NCBI GenBank assembly: GCA_001805575.1
Contig: MHGN01000005.1
Location: forward strand, 1 to 54,515
Direction: 5' to 3'
Length of the DNA stretch: 54,515 bases
DNA from: Omnitrophica WOR_2 bacterium RIFCSPHIGHO2_02_FULL_45_21
GTDB taxonomy: Bacteria; Omnitrophota; Gorgyraeia; Gygaellales; UBA12090
The notes beneath the pieces are model-generated. The model made no database searches. It was not told the DNA's origin and was given only the letters and a program-made list of their open reading frames with translations. Numbering within the stretch: position 1 is the stretch's first letter; the number at the start of each line of letters is the position of its first letter. Made by a program: the position numbers and the translations under genes. Positions 7,286 to 16,812 of this stretch are shown one piece after another.

Positions 7286-8521
7286 ATGTTTAATCCCGTA
7301 AAAATTAAAGAAAATCTATACTGGGTTGGCGCGATTGATTGGAATATCCGTACCTTTCATGGCTATACCTATTCAACGCACAGCGGGACAACCTATAATT
7401 CTTATCTTCTCGTTGATGATAAAGTAGCGCTCATTGACGGAGTGCATATGAATTTCTTTGATCAGTGGCGCGAGCGCATCAGCCGGGTTATTGACCCGAA
7501 AAGAATAGATTATTTTATCTGTAATCACGTAGAGCCTGACCATTCAGGGGCAATTCCGCAGATGATGCAGTTAATGCCGCAAGCAAAAGTAATTACTAAT
7601 CAAAGGGCAAAGGATGCGCTCTTAAAATATTATTCTACCTATTGGAATTTTGAACTTGTGAAAACAGGAGATATATTGAAGCTGGGAAAAAAGACGCTTA
7701 AGTTTATTGAGGCGCCGATGATACATTGGCCTGACAGTATGTTTGATTACCTTGAGCAAGACGGCATTCTTTTTTCCAATGATGCCTTTGGCCAGCACTA
7801 CGCTAGCTTAGAACGTTTTGATGACCAGGTAAGCTTAGAGCTGCTCATGGATGAGAATGCCAAATACTATGCCAATATCCTCTGGCCATTAAGCCCGATC
7901 ATTTTAAAGAAGCTCCAGGAGATTAAGGCAATGAATATTCCGTTGGAAATGATTTTAACCAGCCACGGCTTAAGCTGGCGAAAGTATGCGCATAAGGCGG
8001 TAGAATCGTATATAAATTGGGCGAAGGGAAGCGTCTCCCAGAAGGTCTTAATTGTCTATGATACGATGTATTATTCTACCGAGAAGATGGCTTTAAGCAT
8101 TTTAGAAGGGATTCTTTCAAGCGGCATCGCTGCCCGGCTGTATCGTTTGCCGGTATCGGATATGGGTGATATCATCAAGGAATTTTTAGATAGCAAAGGA
8201 ATCCTGCTCGGCTCCCCGGTGGTCAACAATGAGATATTGCCGACAGTAGAAAAATTTCTATTTGAGCTCAAAGGTTTGCGCCCATTGAATAAAATTGCGG
8301 CATTCTTTGGCTCTTATGGTTGGATGAAGGAGCAGGCGGCAAAATATGCAGAAGGGACAATGGGAGAAGCAGGAATAAACATTGCTCTTCCGGCATTGAA
8401 TATAAGGTATGCCCCGGCTCCCGAGGAACTAAGGCAGTGTTTTGACTTTGGCCAGAAATTTGCCCTGGAGGTGAAGAATGGAAACCAACGAAATAATGCA
8501 GGAAAGGCTCGCCAAGCTTGA
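7286..8521 (+). CDS. Flavodiiron protein (FprA-type O2/NO reductase)
   Basis: MBL-like di-iron domain (HVEPDHSG) fused to a C-terminal flavodoxin-like domain. Confidence 0.85.
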   Translation: MFNPVKIKENLYWVGAIDWNIRTFHGYTYSTHSGTTYNSYLLVDDKVALIDGVHMNFFDQWRERISRVIDPKRIDYFICNHVEPDHSGAIPQMMQLMPQAKVITNQRAKDALLKYYSTYWNFELVKTGDILKLGKKTLKFIEAPMIHWPDSMFDYLEQDGILFSNDAFGQHYASLERFDDQVSLELLMDENAKYYANILWPLSPIILKKLQEIKAMNIPLEMILTSHGLSWRKYAHKAVESYINWAKGSVSQKVLIVYDTMYYSTEKMALSILEGILSSGIAARLYRLPVSDMGDIIKEFLDSKGILLGSPVVNNEILPTVEKFLFELKGLRPLNKIAAFFGSYGWMKEQAAKYAEGTMGEAGINIALPALNIRYAPAPEELRQCFDFGQKFALEVKNGNQRNNAGKARQA

Positions 8522-9971
8522 GAGGCTAGAGCAAAAAGGGATAAGGCCTTACGGAGCATTGCCAAAATTTAGCGCAGCTATGTCCATAGCCAACGTTCTC
8601 TCCTGGTTTAAGGAAGGAGCCCAGGCTGTTATTTGCGGCAGGCTGATGGCCAAGAGAGAGCACGGCAAAGCTGTATTCTTTGACCTCAGAGACCAGGAGG
8701 CAAAGCTCCAGGTTTATGTAAAAGAGGATATCTTGAGTAAAGAAGTTTTACAATTATGCGCAAGTTTAGATATCGGGGATGTGTTGTTAGTTGAAGGAGA
8801 GCTTTTTAAAACCCGCACCAATGAGCCGACGATAAAAGCGCTGGATATCCGTTTATTAGCCAAGTCCTTTAGGCCCTTGCCGGAAAAATGGCACGGCTTA
8901 AAGGATATTGAAACCAGATACCGTAAGAGATATATAGACCTCATTGCTAATTGCCAGCTGCGTAAAATCTTTAGCCAGCGCAGTAAAATAATTTCGGGCA
9001 TACGTAATTATTTAGATAAGAAAGGATACTTGGAAGTAGAAACTCCGATGATGCATCCTATTCCCGGGGGAGCCGCCGGCAGGCCATTTAAGACGCATCA
9101 TAATGAACATAATATGGATTTATATTTAAGGATTGCGCCAGAGTTATATTTAAAACGGCTGCTGGTAGGTGGTTTCGAGAAGGTTTATGAGCTCAACCGT
9201 AGTTTTCGCAATGAGGGGCTCTCGACTAAGCATAATCCTGAGTTTACTATGCTTGAGGCCTATACTGCATACAGCGATTGCAAGGGGATGATGACTTTAA
9301 GCGAGGAATTAGTTGTTGAGGCGGCGGCGTTAGCCGGATTGGGTTTAAGGTTTGAATATCAGGGTAAGGCCATTGACCTAACTCCGCCGTGGAGGAGGTA
9401 CTCTTTTGCCGAAGTTGTTAAGGAAAGATTTGAGATTTCACCCGAAGATTCAGCGCAAGCGATGCTGACTAAGTTACAGGCAAAAGGCAGGGCATTGAAT
9501 GAGAAAAAACTCAGCCGCTGCCAGGTGGTAAAATTAGTTGAGGACATGCTTTGCGAATCCACTGACTTTTCTCCCGCTTTCTTTACTGATTATTTTTCTA
9601 TCCTTTGCCCACTGGCTAAGAATAAACCGGATAATCCCTATATCTCCGAGAGATTTGAGCTTTTTATCGGCGGTATGGAAATAGCCAATGCCTACTCAGA
9701 ACTCAATGATCCCAGAGAGCAGAGAAAGCGGCTGGAAGAAGAAATGGCTGAAGGCCAGCTTGTCCTCCTCGGGGGACTTGAGCACCCCTCGGGGTGCAAG
9801 CCGGATCAGTTTAGAATGCTTGATGAAGATTTTATCACTGCTTTAGAATACGGAATGCCTCCTGCCGGAGGCTTAGGCATTGGTATAGACCGCCTGGTGA
9901 TGCTTTTGACTAATCAGCCCTCCATACGGGATGTGATTTTGTTTCCTCTTCTAAGGCCGGAGGCCCAATGA
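8478..9971 (+). CDS. lysS: Lysine--tRNA ligase, class II
   Basis: OB-fold N-domain, FRNEG motif 2, GGLGIGIDRLVML motif 3; strong GGAGGTGA 4 nt before the ATG at 8478; overlaps the fprA end by 44 nt. Confidence 0.9.
   Translation: METNEIMQERLAKLERLEQKGIRPYGALPKFSAAMSIANVLSWFKEGAQAVICGRLMAKREHGKAVFFDLRDQEAKLQVYVKEDILSKEVLQLCASLDIGDVLLVEGELFKTRTNEPTIKALDIRLLAKSFRPLPEKWHGLKDIETRYRKRYIDLIANCQLRKIFSQRSKIISGIRNYLDKKGYLEVETPMMHPIPGGAAGRPFKTHHNEHNMDLYLRIAPELYLKRLLVGGFEKVYELNRSFRNEGLSTKHNPEFTMLEAYTAYSDCKGMMTLSEELVVEAAALAGLGLRFEYQGKAIDLTPPWRRYSFAEVVKERFEISPEDSAQAMLTKLQAKGRALNEKKLSRCQVVKLVEDMLCESTDFSPAFFTDYFSILCPLAKNKPDNPYISERFELFIGGMEIANAYSELNDPREQRKRLEEEMAEGQLVLLGGLEHPSGCKPDQFRMLDEDFITALEYGMPPAGGLGIGIDRLVMLLTNQPSIRDVILFPLLRPEAQ
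9755..9809. repeat. CCCCTCGGGG-type palindromic element inside lysS
   Basis: GTCCTCCTCGGGGGAC (9762-9777) and GCACCCCTCGGGGTGC (9782-9797); CTTGTCC..GGGGGACTTGAG matches the reverse complement of 49994-50022. Confidence 0.75.
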
Positions 9972-11146
9972 AGGCAATTTTCTGGATAAGTTGGCGTTAT
10001 TTGTGGGGCAGGCGCAGCGAGCGTTTTGTCTCTTTAATCAGCATTATCTCAATCTTGGGAGTGGCGATTGGGGTTGCCGCGCTGATTGTGGTATTGGCAG
10101 TGATGTCAGGTTTTGATAAAGATTTAAAAGAAAAAATCATCGGGAATTATTCGCACTTAGTGATTGAGCAGCGTCCGGCAATAACTGATTATCATCAGAT
10201 TTTAGAGCGGTTAAGCAAAATTGACCATATTGTTGCCAGCAGCCCTTTCATACAGAGCCAGGCGCTTTTAGAGACAAAAGAATCTGCCCGCGGGATAGTG
10301 GTGCGCGGGATTGATTTGGACTTAGAGTCCAAGGTGACCGCTATTGATAAATATTTGGCCGGCAGCGCCAAAGATTTTGACGGCGGGATATTTATCGGCA
10401 GGGAATTAGGTTATGCCTTAGGCCTTAGCCTGGGGGATGAGATCGTATTAGTTAATTCCAAGGGAAAAAGATTCATCCTCTTAGTCAGGGGATTATTTAA
10501 TTCCGGGATGTACGATTTTGACGCCAACGTCATTTTTATTGATTTGCTCAAGGCCCAGGAGATTTTTGAATTGGCTGAAGGAGTAAATGGTATAAGCGTA
10601 AAGATTGATAAGTTGTTCTTAGCAGCTCTGATCAAGAATAAGATTCAGCATGCGCTGGGAGTTAATTTTTATGTCAGGACATGGATTGAGCGCAACAGGA
10701 ATTTCTTTGCCGCTTTAAAATTAGAAAAGATAGCGATGTTTATTATCTTAACCTTAATTGTCCTGGTTGCCGCCTTCAATATCATCAGCACTCTCGTGGT
10801 TATGGTTATGGAAAAAACCAAGGATATCGGCATATTAAAGGCAATCGGGATGAGTCCTCGGGGCATCCGCTTCATTTTTACCTTAGAGGGGTTATTGATA
10901 GGATCCTTAGGCGTTATGCTGGGAAGCGCAATCGGTGTCTCGTTATGCGTATTACTCAAAAAATACCAGTTTATAAAATTACCTCCTGATATCTATTATT
11001 TAGACAGGCTCCCGGTGAGCCTGGTCTTATGGCCGGATGCGGGAATGGTTATCATCGCCGCATTTTTTATCAGCCTGGTCTCAACGGTTTATCCTGCAAA
11101 AAAGGCGGCGGATTTAAATCCGGTTGAGGCCCTGCGCTATGAGTGA
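9968..11146 (+). CDS. LolC/LolE-family lipoprotein-release ABC permease
   Basis: FtsX-like four-TM permease with a large periplasmic loop, directly followed by a LolD-like ATPase. Confidence 0.8.
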   Translation: MKAIFWISWRYLWGRRSERFVSLISIISILGVAIGVAALIVVLAVMSGFDKDLKEKIIGNYSHLVIEQRPAITDYHQILERLSKIDHIVASSPFIQSQALLETKESARGIVVRGIDLDLESKVTAIDKYLAGSAKDFDGGIFIGRELGYALGLSLGDEIVLVNSKGKRFILLVRGLFNSGMYDFDANVIFIDLLKAQEIFELAEGVNGISVKIDKLFLAALIKNKIQHALGVNFYVRTWIERNRNFFAALKLEKIAMFIILTLIVLVAAFNIISTLVVMVMEKTKDIGILKAIGMSPRGIRFIFTLEGLLIGSLGVMLGSAIGVSLCVLLKKYQFIKLPPDIYYLDRLPVSLVLWPDAGMVIIAAFFISLVSTVYPAKKAADLNPVEALRYE

Positions 11147-11885
11147 TGCCCGGAGTGCCTCAAGCCTCTTCTCCCTGGGTGACCCCCCGATTCTTCTTGA
11201 GGCAAGAAATATCAATAAATATTACACCAACGGTAAGCAGGGGCTGCATGTCTTAAAGGATGTAAGTTTAAAAATTGACATAGGAGAGATTATATCGGTT
11301 CTTGGGCCTTCAGGCGCGGGAAAATCAACGTTGCTTCATATTCTGGGAGGTTTGGATACGCCAACAAGCGGAGAGGTTCTTTTTGAAGGAAAGGCCTTTA
11401 AGAATTTATCAGAGTCAGAGTTATCCAGCGTCAGAAATGAAGCAGTGGGATTCGTTTTTCAGTTTTACCACCTTATGCCGGAATTTACTATTTTAGAAAA
11501 TGTGATGATGCCCGCTCTTATCGGCCTCCGGCCTCCGGCCTCCGGCCTCCGGCCTGAAGAAAAGGCGTTAGAGCTTTTAAAAGAAGTAGGATTGAGCCAT
11601 CGGACCAGGCATTTCCCCGGTCAGTTATCCGGCGGAGAACAGCAGCGGGTAGCAATCGCCCGGGCCTTGATGAATATGCCGAAACTTTTGCTTTGTGATG
11701 AGCCAACCGGTAATCTTGATTCTGAGAACGGAAAACAAATCTGCCAGTTGCTCAAGAAGCTAAACCAGGAAAGGAAAATGACTATTGTGCTGGTAACCCA
11801 TAATTTAGAGGTAGCTGGTTTTGGGTTTAAGGTGTATAATATGGCTGACGGGTCAATCCGCCCCGAAAGAGGCGGGGCTGATTAA
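11139..11885 (+). CDS. lolD: Lipoprotein-releasing ABC transporter ATPase
   Basis: Walker A GPSGAGKST, signature LSGGEQQRV, Walker B LLLCDEPT; ATG at 11139 overlapping the upstream stop preferred over the TTG at 11124. Confidence 0.85.
   Translation: MSDARSASSLFSLGDPPILLEARNINKYYTNGKQGLHVLKDVSLKIDIGEIISVLGPSGAGKSTLLHILGGLDTPTSGEVLFEGKAFKNLSESELSSVRNEAVGFVFQFYHLMPEFTILENVMMPALIGLRPPASGLRPEEKALELLKEVGLSHRTRHFPGQLSGGEQQRVAIARALMNMPKLLLCDEPTGNLDSENGKQICQLLKKLNQERKMTIVLVTHNLEVAGFGFKVYNMADGSIRPERGGAD
11523..11555. repeat. Heptanucleotide tandem array (GGCCTCC) x4.7 inside lolD
   Basis: Perfect copies at 11523, 11530, 11537, 11544 plus GGCCT; translated as GLRPPASGLRP. Confidence 0.95.
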
Positions 11886-11894
11886 GGAGAGGCG

Positions 11895-12764
11895 ATGAAG
11901 GTCTATATCAACGGAAAATTTTACGAAAAAAAAGATGCAAAGATTTCGGTTTTTGACCACGGTTTTCTCTACGGAGACGGAGTTTTCGAAGGGATCAGGT
12001 CTTACAACCGCTTGGCCTTTAAATTAAAAGAGCATATTGACCGTTTATTTGAATCAGCGCACAGTATCTGCCTTGAGATTCCCTTAACTAAAGTGCAGCT
12101 GCTTGAGGCAGTCTGCGATACCCTGAGGGTGAATAAGTTAGATAACGCTTATGTCCGTTTAATTATTTCGCGGGGCGAAGGGGACCTGGGATTAGACCCG
12201 CGTAAGTGTAAAGGCAACGCTAGCGTAGTTATTATTACCGATAGGATTGCCCTCTATCCGGAGAAGCTTTATAAGGAGGGCATGGAAATTATTACCGTGC
12301 CGACGATCAGGAATCTTCCCGAAGCGCTTAACCCTCAGATTAAGTCCTTGAATTATTTGAATAATATCTTAGCTAAGATTGAGGCGATCAACTGCGGTTA
12401 CGAAGAGGCGATTATGCTTGATTCCTTAGGCTATGTTGCTGAATGCAGCGGAGATAATATTTTTATCGTCAAAAGAAATGAGCTCTATACGCCTCCGCAG
12501 TGCATGGGAACTTTGCGCGGGATAACCCGGGATACAATCTTAGAGATTGCCTCAAAAAAAGGCATTGCCGTGCACGAACATGTAATTACCCGCCACGAGG
12601 TCTATATTGCCGATGAGTGTTTCTTAACCGGGACCGCGGCTGAGGTTATTCCGGTGGTAAAAGTTGACGGAAGAAAAATCGGAAGCGGCTCACCCGGCAG
12701 TTTAACCTTAAGGCTGATCAGCGAATTTCGTAAGAGCACCAAGAGAGAAGGGATAAGGTATTAA
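11895..12764 (+). CDS. ilvE: Branched-chain amino acid aminotransferase (fold type IV)
   Basis: 289 aa with FLYGDGVFEGIRSY and class IV aminotransferase layout; AAGGAG upstream. Confidence 0.85.
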   Translation: MKVYINGKFYEKKDAKISVFDHGFLYGDGVFEGIRSYNRLAFKLKEHIDRLFESAHSICLEIPLTKVQLLEAVCDTLRVNKLDNAYVRLIISRGEGDLGLDPRKCKGNASVVIITDRIALYPEKLYKEGMEIITVPTIRNLPEALNPQIKSLNYLNNILAKIEAINCGYEEAIMLDSLGYVAECSGDNIFIVKRNELYTPPQCMGTLRGITRDTILEIASKKGIAVHEHVITRHEVYIADECFLTGTAAEVIPVVKVDGRKIGSGSPGSLTLRLISEFRKSTKREGIRY

Positions 12765-12781
12765 TATGAACGGAGTAAGCT

Positions 12782-13291
12782 ATGGTTTGTGATATCTGCG
12801 CTGTTAATTCTGCGACCGTGCATTTGACCGAGATTATTGACGAGCAGATGACGGAGCTGCATCTCTGCGAGGAATGCGCCAAAACCAAATCTATGGATAT
12901 GGAACAGCAGTTTGGCCTGGCTGACCTTCTGGCAGGGTTGTCTGATGCGGGCAAAACCCTGGTTGAAGGCAAGGAAATCATCAAGCTAAAATGCCCTAAT
13001 TGCGGCATAAGCTATGAAGATTTCAGAAAGATGGGCCGCTTAGGCTGCAGCGAGTGTTATAATTCGTTTCGCAAATATTTGATGCCGCTCTTGAAACGTA
13101 TCCACGGCTCAAGCAAACATTATGGAAAAATTCCGCTGGTGATTGCCATGCCGGCCCAGTCAAAGTCTGGGATAGCGGAATTAAAGATAAAGCTTGAGAA
13201 GGCAATTCAGGATGAGGAATTTGAAGAGGCAGCGCGTATCCGTGATCTGCTCAAGGAGCTGGAGAAAAAAGAACCGGAGAACAAAGAGTGA
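12782..13291 (+). CDS. mcsA: McsA (UvrB/UvrC-motif zinc-finger activator of McsB)
   Basis: N-terminal CxxC pairs (CDIC..CEEC, CPNC..CSEC) and C-terminal UVR motif EEFEEAARIRD; followed by mcsB and clpC. Confidence 0.85.
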   Translation: MVCDICAVNSATVHLTEIIDEQMTELHLCEECAKTKSMDMEQQFGLADLLAGLSDAGKTLVEGKEIIKLKCPNCGISYEDFRKMGRLGCSECYNSFRKYLMPLLKRIHGSSKHYGKIPLVIAMPAQSKSGIAELKIKLEKAIQDEEFEEAARIRDLLKELEKKEPENKE

Positions 13292-14352
13292 GATTAGATA
13301 ATTTGATAAATCATACCAGTGAATGGCTTAAGGGAACAGGGCCTCATTCCGATATTATTATCTCAAGCCGCATACGGCTGGCAAGAAACATACAGGGAAA
13401 GCTCTTTCCGCAATGGGCAAGCAGGACTCAGGCTGAAGAAGTAATGAATATGCTCAAAGAGGCGATCCAGCGGGTAAATTACCTTAAGAAAACCACCTTT
13501 TTCAGGCTTCTTGAGATGGATAACGTGGATAAGCAGTTCCTTGTCGAGCGCCATCTGATGAGCCGGGAGCAGGCTTCCAAGGCCGATTCCAAAGCCATCG
13601 TCATTGATGATGAAGAGATTATCTCCATTATGCTCAACGAAGAAGATCATCTGAGGATGCAGGTGATGAAATCAGGATTTGATTTATTGGGGGCCTGGGA
13701 GATAATGAACACCATTGATGATGCCATTTCAAAAGAACTTAATTACGCCTTTTCCGGGGAGCTGGGATATCTGACTGCCTGTCCTACCAATGCCGGAACC
13801 GGGATGCGCGGTTCGGTAATGCTGCATCTACCGGCCCTGGTGATGCTGCGCAGCATTGATAAAGTTCTTTCCGCAATTGCAAAACTCAGCTTTACCACCA
13901 GGGGGCTTTACGGAGAAGGAACCCAGGCAATTGGCAATTTCTTCCAGATTTCTAATCAGGTTTCATTAGGCCATAACGAAGATGAAATTATCAGTAACAT
14001 CAACGGGCTGATCCGGCAGGTAATTGAACATGAAGAACAGGCGCGCAATATGTTTTTAAAACAACAGCGGGCATTATTAGAAGATAGGGTTTGGCGCGCC
14101 TGCGGCGTGCTCAAAAATGCCTACATCATTTCTTCCCAGGAGACCACCGAACTTTTGTCAATGATGCGCTTAGGCTCTGATTTGGGTTTAGTTAAGGATA
14201 TTGACCGCAGGAGCATCAATGAGCTCTTTATCTTGATTCAGCCGGCGCACTTACAAAAATTGGAAGGTAAGAAACTGAACGCTCAAGAAAGAGATGTTAA
14301 ACGGGCAATGATAATCCGTGGAAAGTTAGCAGGAGGAAAAAACAATGTTTAA
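13288..14352 (+). CDS. mcsB: Protein arginine kinase McsB
   Basis: ATP:guanido phosphotransferase domain with CPTNAGTGMR motif; GTG start overlapping the mcsA stop. Confidence 0.9.
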   Translation: MRLDNLINHTSEWLKGTGPHSDIIISSRIRLARNIQGKLFPQWASRTQAEEVMNMLKEAIQRVNYLKKTTFFRLLEMDNVDKQFLVERHLMSREQASKADSKAIVIDDEEIISIMLNEEDHLRMQVMKSGFDLLGAWEIMNTIDDAISKELNYAFSGELGYLTACPTNAGTGMRGSVMLHLPALVMLRSIDKVLSAIAKLSFTTRGLYGEGTQAIGNFFQISNQVSLGHNEDEIISNINGLIRQVIEHEEQARNMFLKQQRALLEDRVWRACGVLKNAYIISSQETTELLSMMRLGSDLGLVKDIDRRSINELFILIQPAHLQKLEGKKLNAQERDVKRAMIIRGKLAGGKNNV

Positions 14353-16786
14353 CCGTTTCACTGAAAGGGCAAGGAAGGTAATTATTCTGGCTAAAGAGGA
14401 AGCCAGGCGTTTTAACCACGATTATATCGGAACCGAACACATCTTGTTAGGGCTTATCCGCGAAGGAGAAGGAGTTGCGGCTGCGGTGTTGGAAAAGATG
14501 GGTTTAGACCTGCAGACCATCCGCTTAGAGGTGGAGAAGGTTGTTCAGCCTGGCCCCACCACCCAGATACTCGGCGACATTCCCTTTACGCCCCGGGCAA
14601 AAAAGGCGCTTGAGCTGGCGGCAGAGGAAGCCCGCTCCTTAGGCCATAATTATATCGGCACCGAACATATCTTGCTGGGTTTGATACGCGAAGGAGAATC
14701 CGTTGCTTCTCAGGTGTTGCTGAACTTAGGGCTGGATTTGGACAGAGTTAGAAATGAAGTCCTAAATGTCCTGGGCGCGGTAACTCCCGGATTCGGCCAG
14801 CAGCCGCAGGCTGCTCCTGGAAAGTCCAGGACCCCTGCGCTTGATGCCTTTGGAAGGGATATTACCCAGGCCGCCCAGGAAGGCAAGCTTGACCCGGTGA
14901 TTAACCGCAAGAATGAAATTGAGCGAATTATCCAGATCCTCTCCCGCCGCACCAAAAATAACCCGGTGCTTCTGGGCGAGGCCGGGGTGGGAAAAACTGC
15001 AATCGTAGAAGGCCTGGCCCAGGCAATAGTCAGCGGCAATATCACTGAAAATTTACGAAAAAAGCGCATCATCGTTCTGGATTTGGCTCTGATGGTTGCC
15101 GGGACGAAATACCGCGGCCAGTTTGAGGAGCGCATCAAGGCGGTGATGGAGGAAATTAAACGTTCACAGGACGTAATCATCTTTATTGACGAGCTGCATA
15201 CCTTAGTGGGGGCAGGCGCCGCAGAGGGGGCGATTGACGCCTCGAATATCCTCAAGCCGTCTCTCTCTCGGGGTGAAATCAAGTGTATCGGCGCAACCAC
15301 GCTTGATGAATACCGTAAATATATTGAGAAGGATGCGGCCTTAGAAAGAAGATTTCAGACCATAATGGTGGATCCTCCCAATGTGGAACAGACCATTGAA
15401 ATCCTTAAAGGGCTGCGCGAGAGATACGAAACGCACCATCGGGTAAAATTTCCTGATGAGGCCCTGGAGGCAGCGGCAAAGTTGTCTGACCGCTATATCC
15501 CGGGAAGGTTTCTGCCGGATAAAGCCATAGACATGATTGATGAGGCAGGCTCCCGGGCACGCTTAGATGTTTTGGTTGTGCCTGCGAATGTTAAAGAATT
15601 GGAAATCAAGGTTGAGGAGTTGAGGAAGGAAAAAGAGGCATATATCAAGTCCCAGGATTTTGAAAAGGCAGCGAATCTTCGCGACCAGGAACGCCAGGCG
15701 CGCTTAGAGCTTGAGCGGCTGAGTAAAGAATGGAACGAAAAGAGGGATCAGATCAGGGCTGTGGTAGATGCTGAGGCAATTGCCAAAATTGTATCCCAGT
15801 GGACCGGAATACCTCTTTTCCGGCTGGAAGAAAAGGAAGGAGAGAAGCTGCTTAAGATTGAGGATGGGCTGCGTAAACGGGTTATCGGCCAGGAAGAGGC
15901 AATCTCGGCAATTGCCCATGCGGTGCGCAGGTCAAGAGCCGGGATCAAGGATCCGCGCCGGCCCATTGGTTCATTTATATTCTTAGGACCTACCGGTGTC
16001 GGAAAAACCCTCCTGGCCCGGGCCCTGGCTGAGTTTATGTTTGGCGATGAGGAGGCATTAGTGCAGTTGGATATGTCTGAGTATATGGAAAAGTTTAATC
16101 TCTCCCGCCTGATCGGAGCTCCGCCGGGATATGTCGGCTATGAAGAAGGCGGACAACTCACTGAGAAGGTCAGGCGCAGGCCTTATTCGGTAATTTTATT
16201 AGATGAAATTGAAAAGGCTCACAGCGATGTGTTCAATTTGCTCTTACAGGTTTTTGAAGACGGCCGGCTCACGGATAGTTTTGGCAGGAAGGTTGATTTT
16301 CGCAATACCATTGTGATTATGACCTCTAATGTGGGCGCGGAATTAATCCGCAAGCAGGGTTCTATTGGGTTTAAATCTCAAGCAGAAGAGTTAACTTATC
16401 AGGAGATGAAGGAGAAGCTTCTGGAAGAGGTCAAGCGGACCTTTAAGCCGGAATTTCTCAATCGTATTGATGATACTATTGTCTTCAGGCCGTTGGTTAG
16501 GGAAGATCTGCATAAGATTGTAGAGATTGAACTCGGATTTCTCAGAGAAAGGCTGAAAGATCAGAGGATTACCCTGGAATTAACCGAAGGAGCAAAGGAT
16601 TTCCTGATTGAAAAAGGTTTTGACCCGGTATTCGGCGCCAGGCCATTAAAGCGGATAATCCAGAGATTTATTGAAGACCCTTTATCCCAGGATATCATCT
16701 CTAATCGGTTACCTGAAGGCGCTCAGGTAAAGGTAGATAAAAGGAATGATACGTTGGTGTTTGAAACAGTCTTGTTAACTTCGTAG
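14345..16786 (+). CDS. clpC: ATP-dependent Clp protease ATPase subunit ClpC
   Basis: Duplicated Clp_N repeat, two AAA+ modules (GEAGVGKT, GPTGVGKT), UVR-like linker. Confidence 0.95.
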   Translation: MFNRFTERARKVIILAKEEARRFNHDYIGTEHILLGLIREGEGVAAAVLEKMGLDLQTIRLEVEKVVQPGPTTQILGDIPFTPRAKKALELAAEEARSLGHNYIGTEHILLGLIREGESVASQVLLNLGLDLDRVRNEVLNVLGAVTPGFGQQPQAAPGKSRTPALDAFGRDITQAAQEGKLDPVINRKNEIERIIQILSRRTKNNPVLLGEAGVGKTAIVEGLAQAIVSGNITENLRKKRIIVLDLALMVAGTKYRGQFEERIKAVMEEIKRSQDVIIFIDELHTLVGAGAAEGAIDASNILKPSLSRGEIKCIGATTLDEYRKYIEKDAALERRFQTIMVDPPNVEQTIEILKGLRERYETHHRVKFPDEALEAAAKLSDRYIPGRFLPDKAIDMIDEAGSRARLDVLVVPANVKELEIKVEELRKEKEAYIKSQDFEKAANLRDQERQARLELERLSKEWNEKRDQIRAVVDAEAIAKIVSQWTGIPLFRLEEKEGEKLLKIEDGLRKRVIGQEEAISAIAHAVRRSRAGIKDPRRPIGSFIFLGPTGVGKTLLARALAEFMFGDEEALVQLDMSEYMEKFNLSRLIGAPPGYVGYEEGGQLTEKVRRRPYSVILLDEIEKAHSDVFNLLLQVFEDGRLTDSFGRKVDFRNTIVIMTSNVGAELIRKQGSIGFKSQAEELTYQEMKEKLLEEVKRTFKPEFLNRIDDTIVFRPLVREDLHKIVEIELGFLRERLKDQRITLELTEGAKDFLIEKGFDPVFGARPLKRIIQRFIEDPLSQDIISNRLPEGAQVKVDKRNDTLVFETVLLTS

Positions 16787-16812
16787 GTTAACAGGGGAGA
16801 GGGATAAAAGGA

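Noticed and set aside
14710-15300. Long minus-strand ORFs (14710-15300, 18587-19165, 22645-23097, 34460-35062, 40487-40864, 42429-42884, 52574-53173 and many shorter ones)
   Set aside because: Each lies antisense to a strongly supported conserved + strand gene (clpC, mlaE/F, ispD, mtnA/thiL, fabD, fabF, argJ). They have low-complexity, S/P/R-rich composition and no motifs, so they are shadow ORFs.
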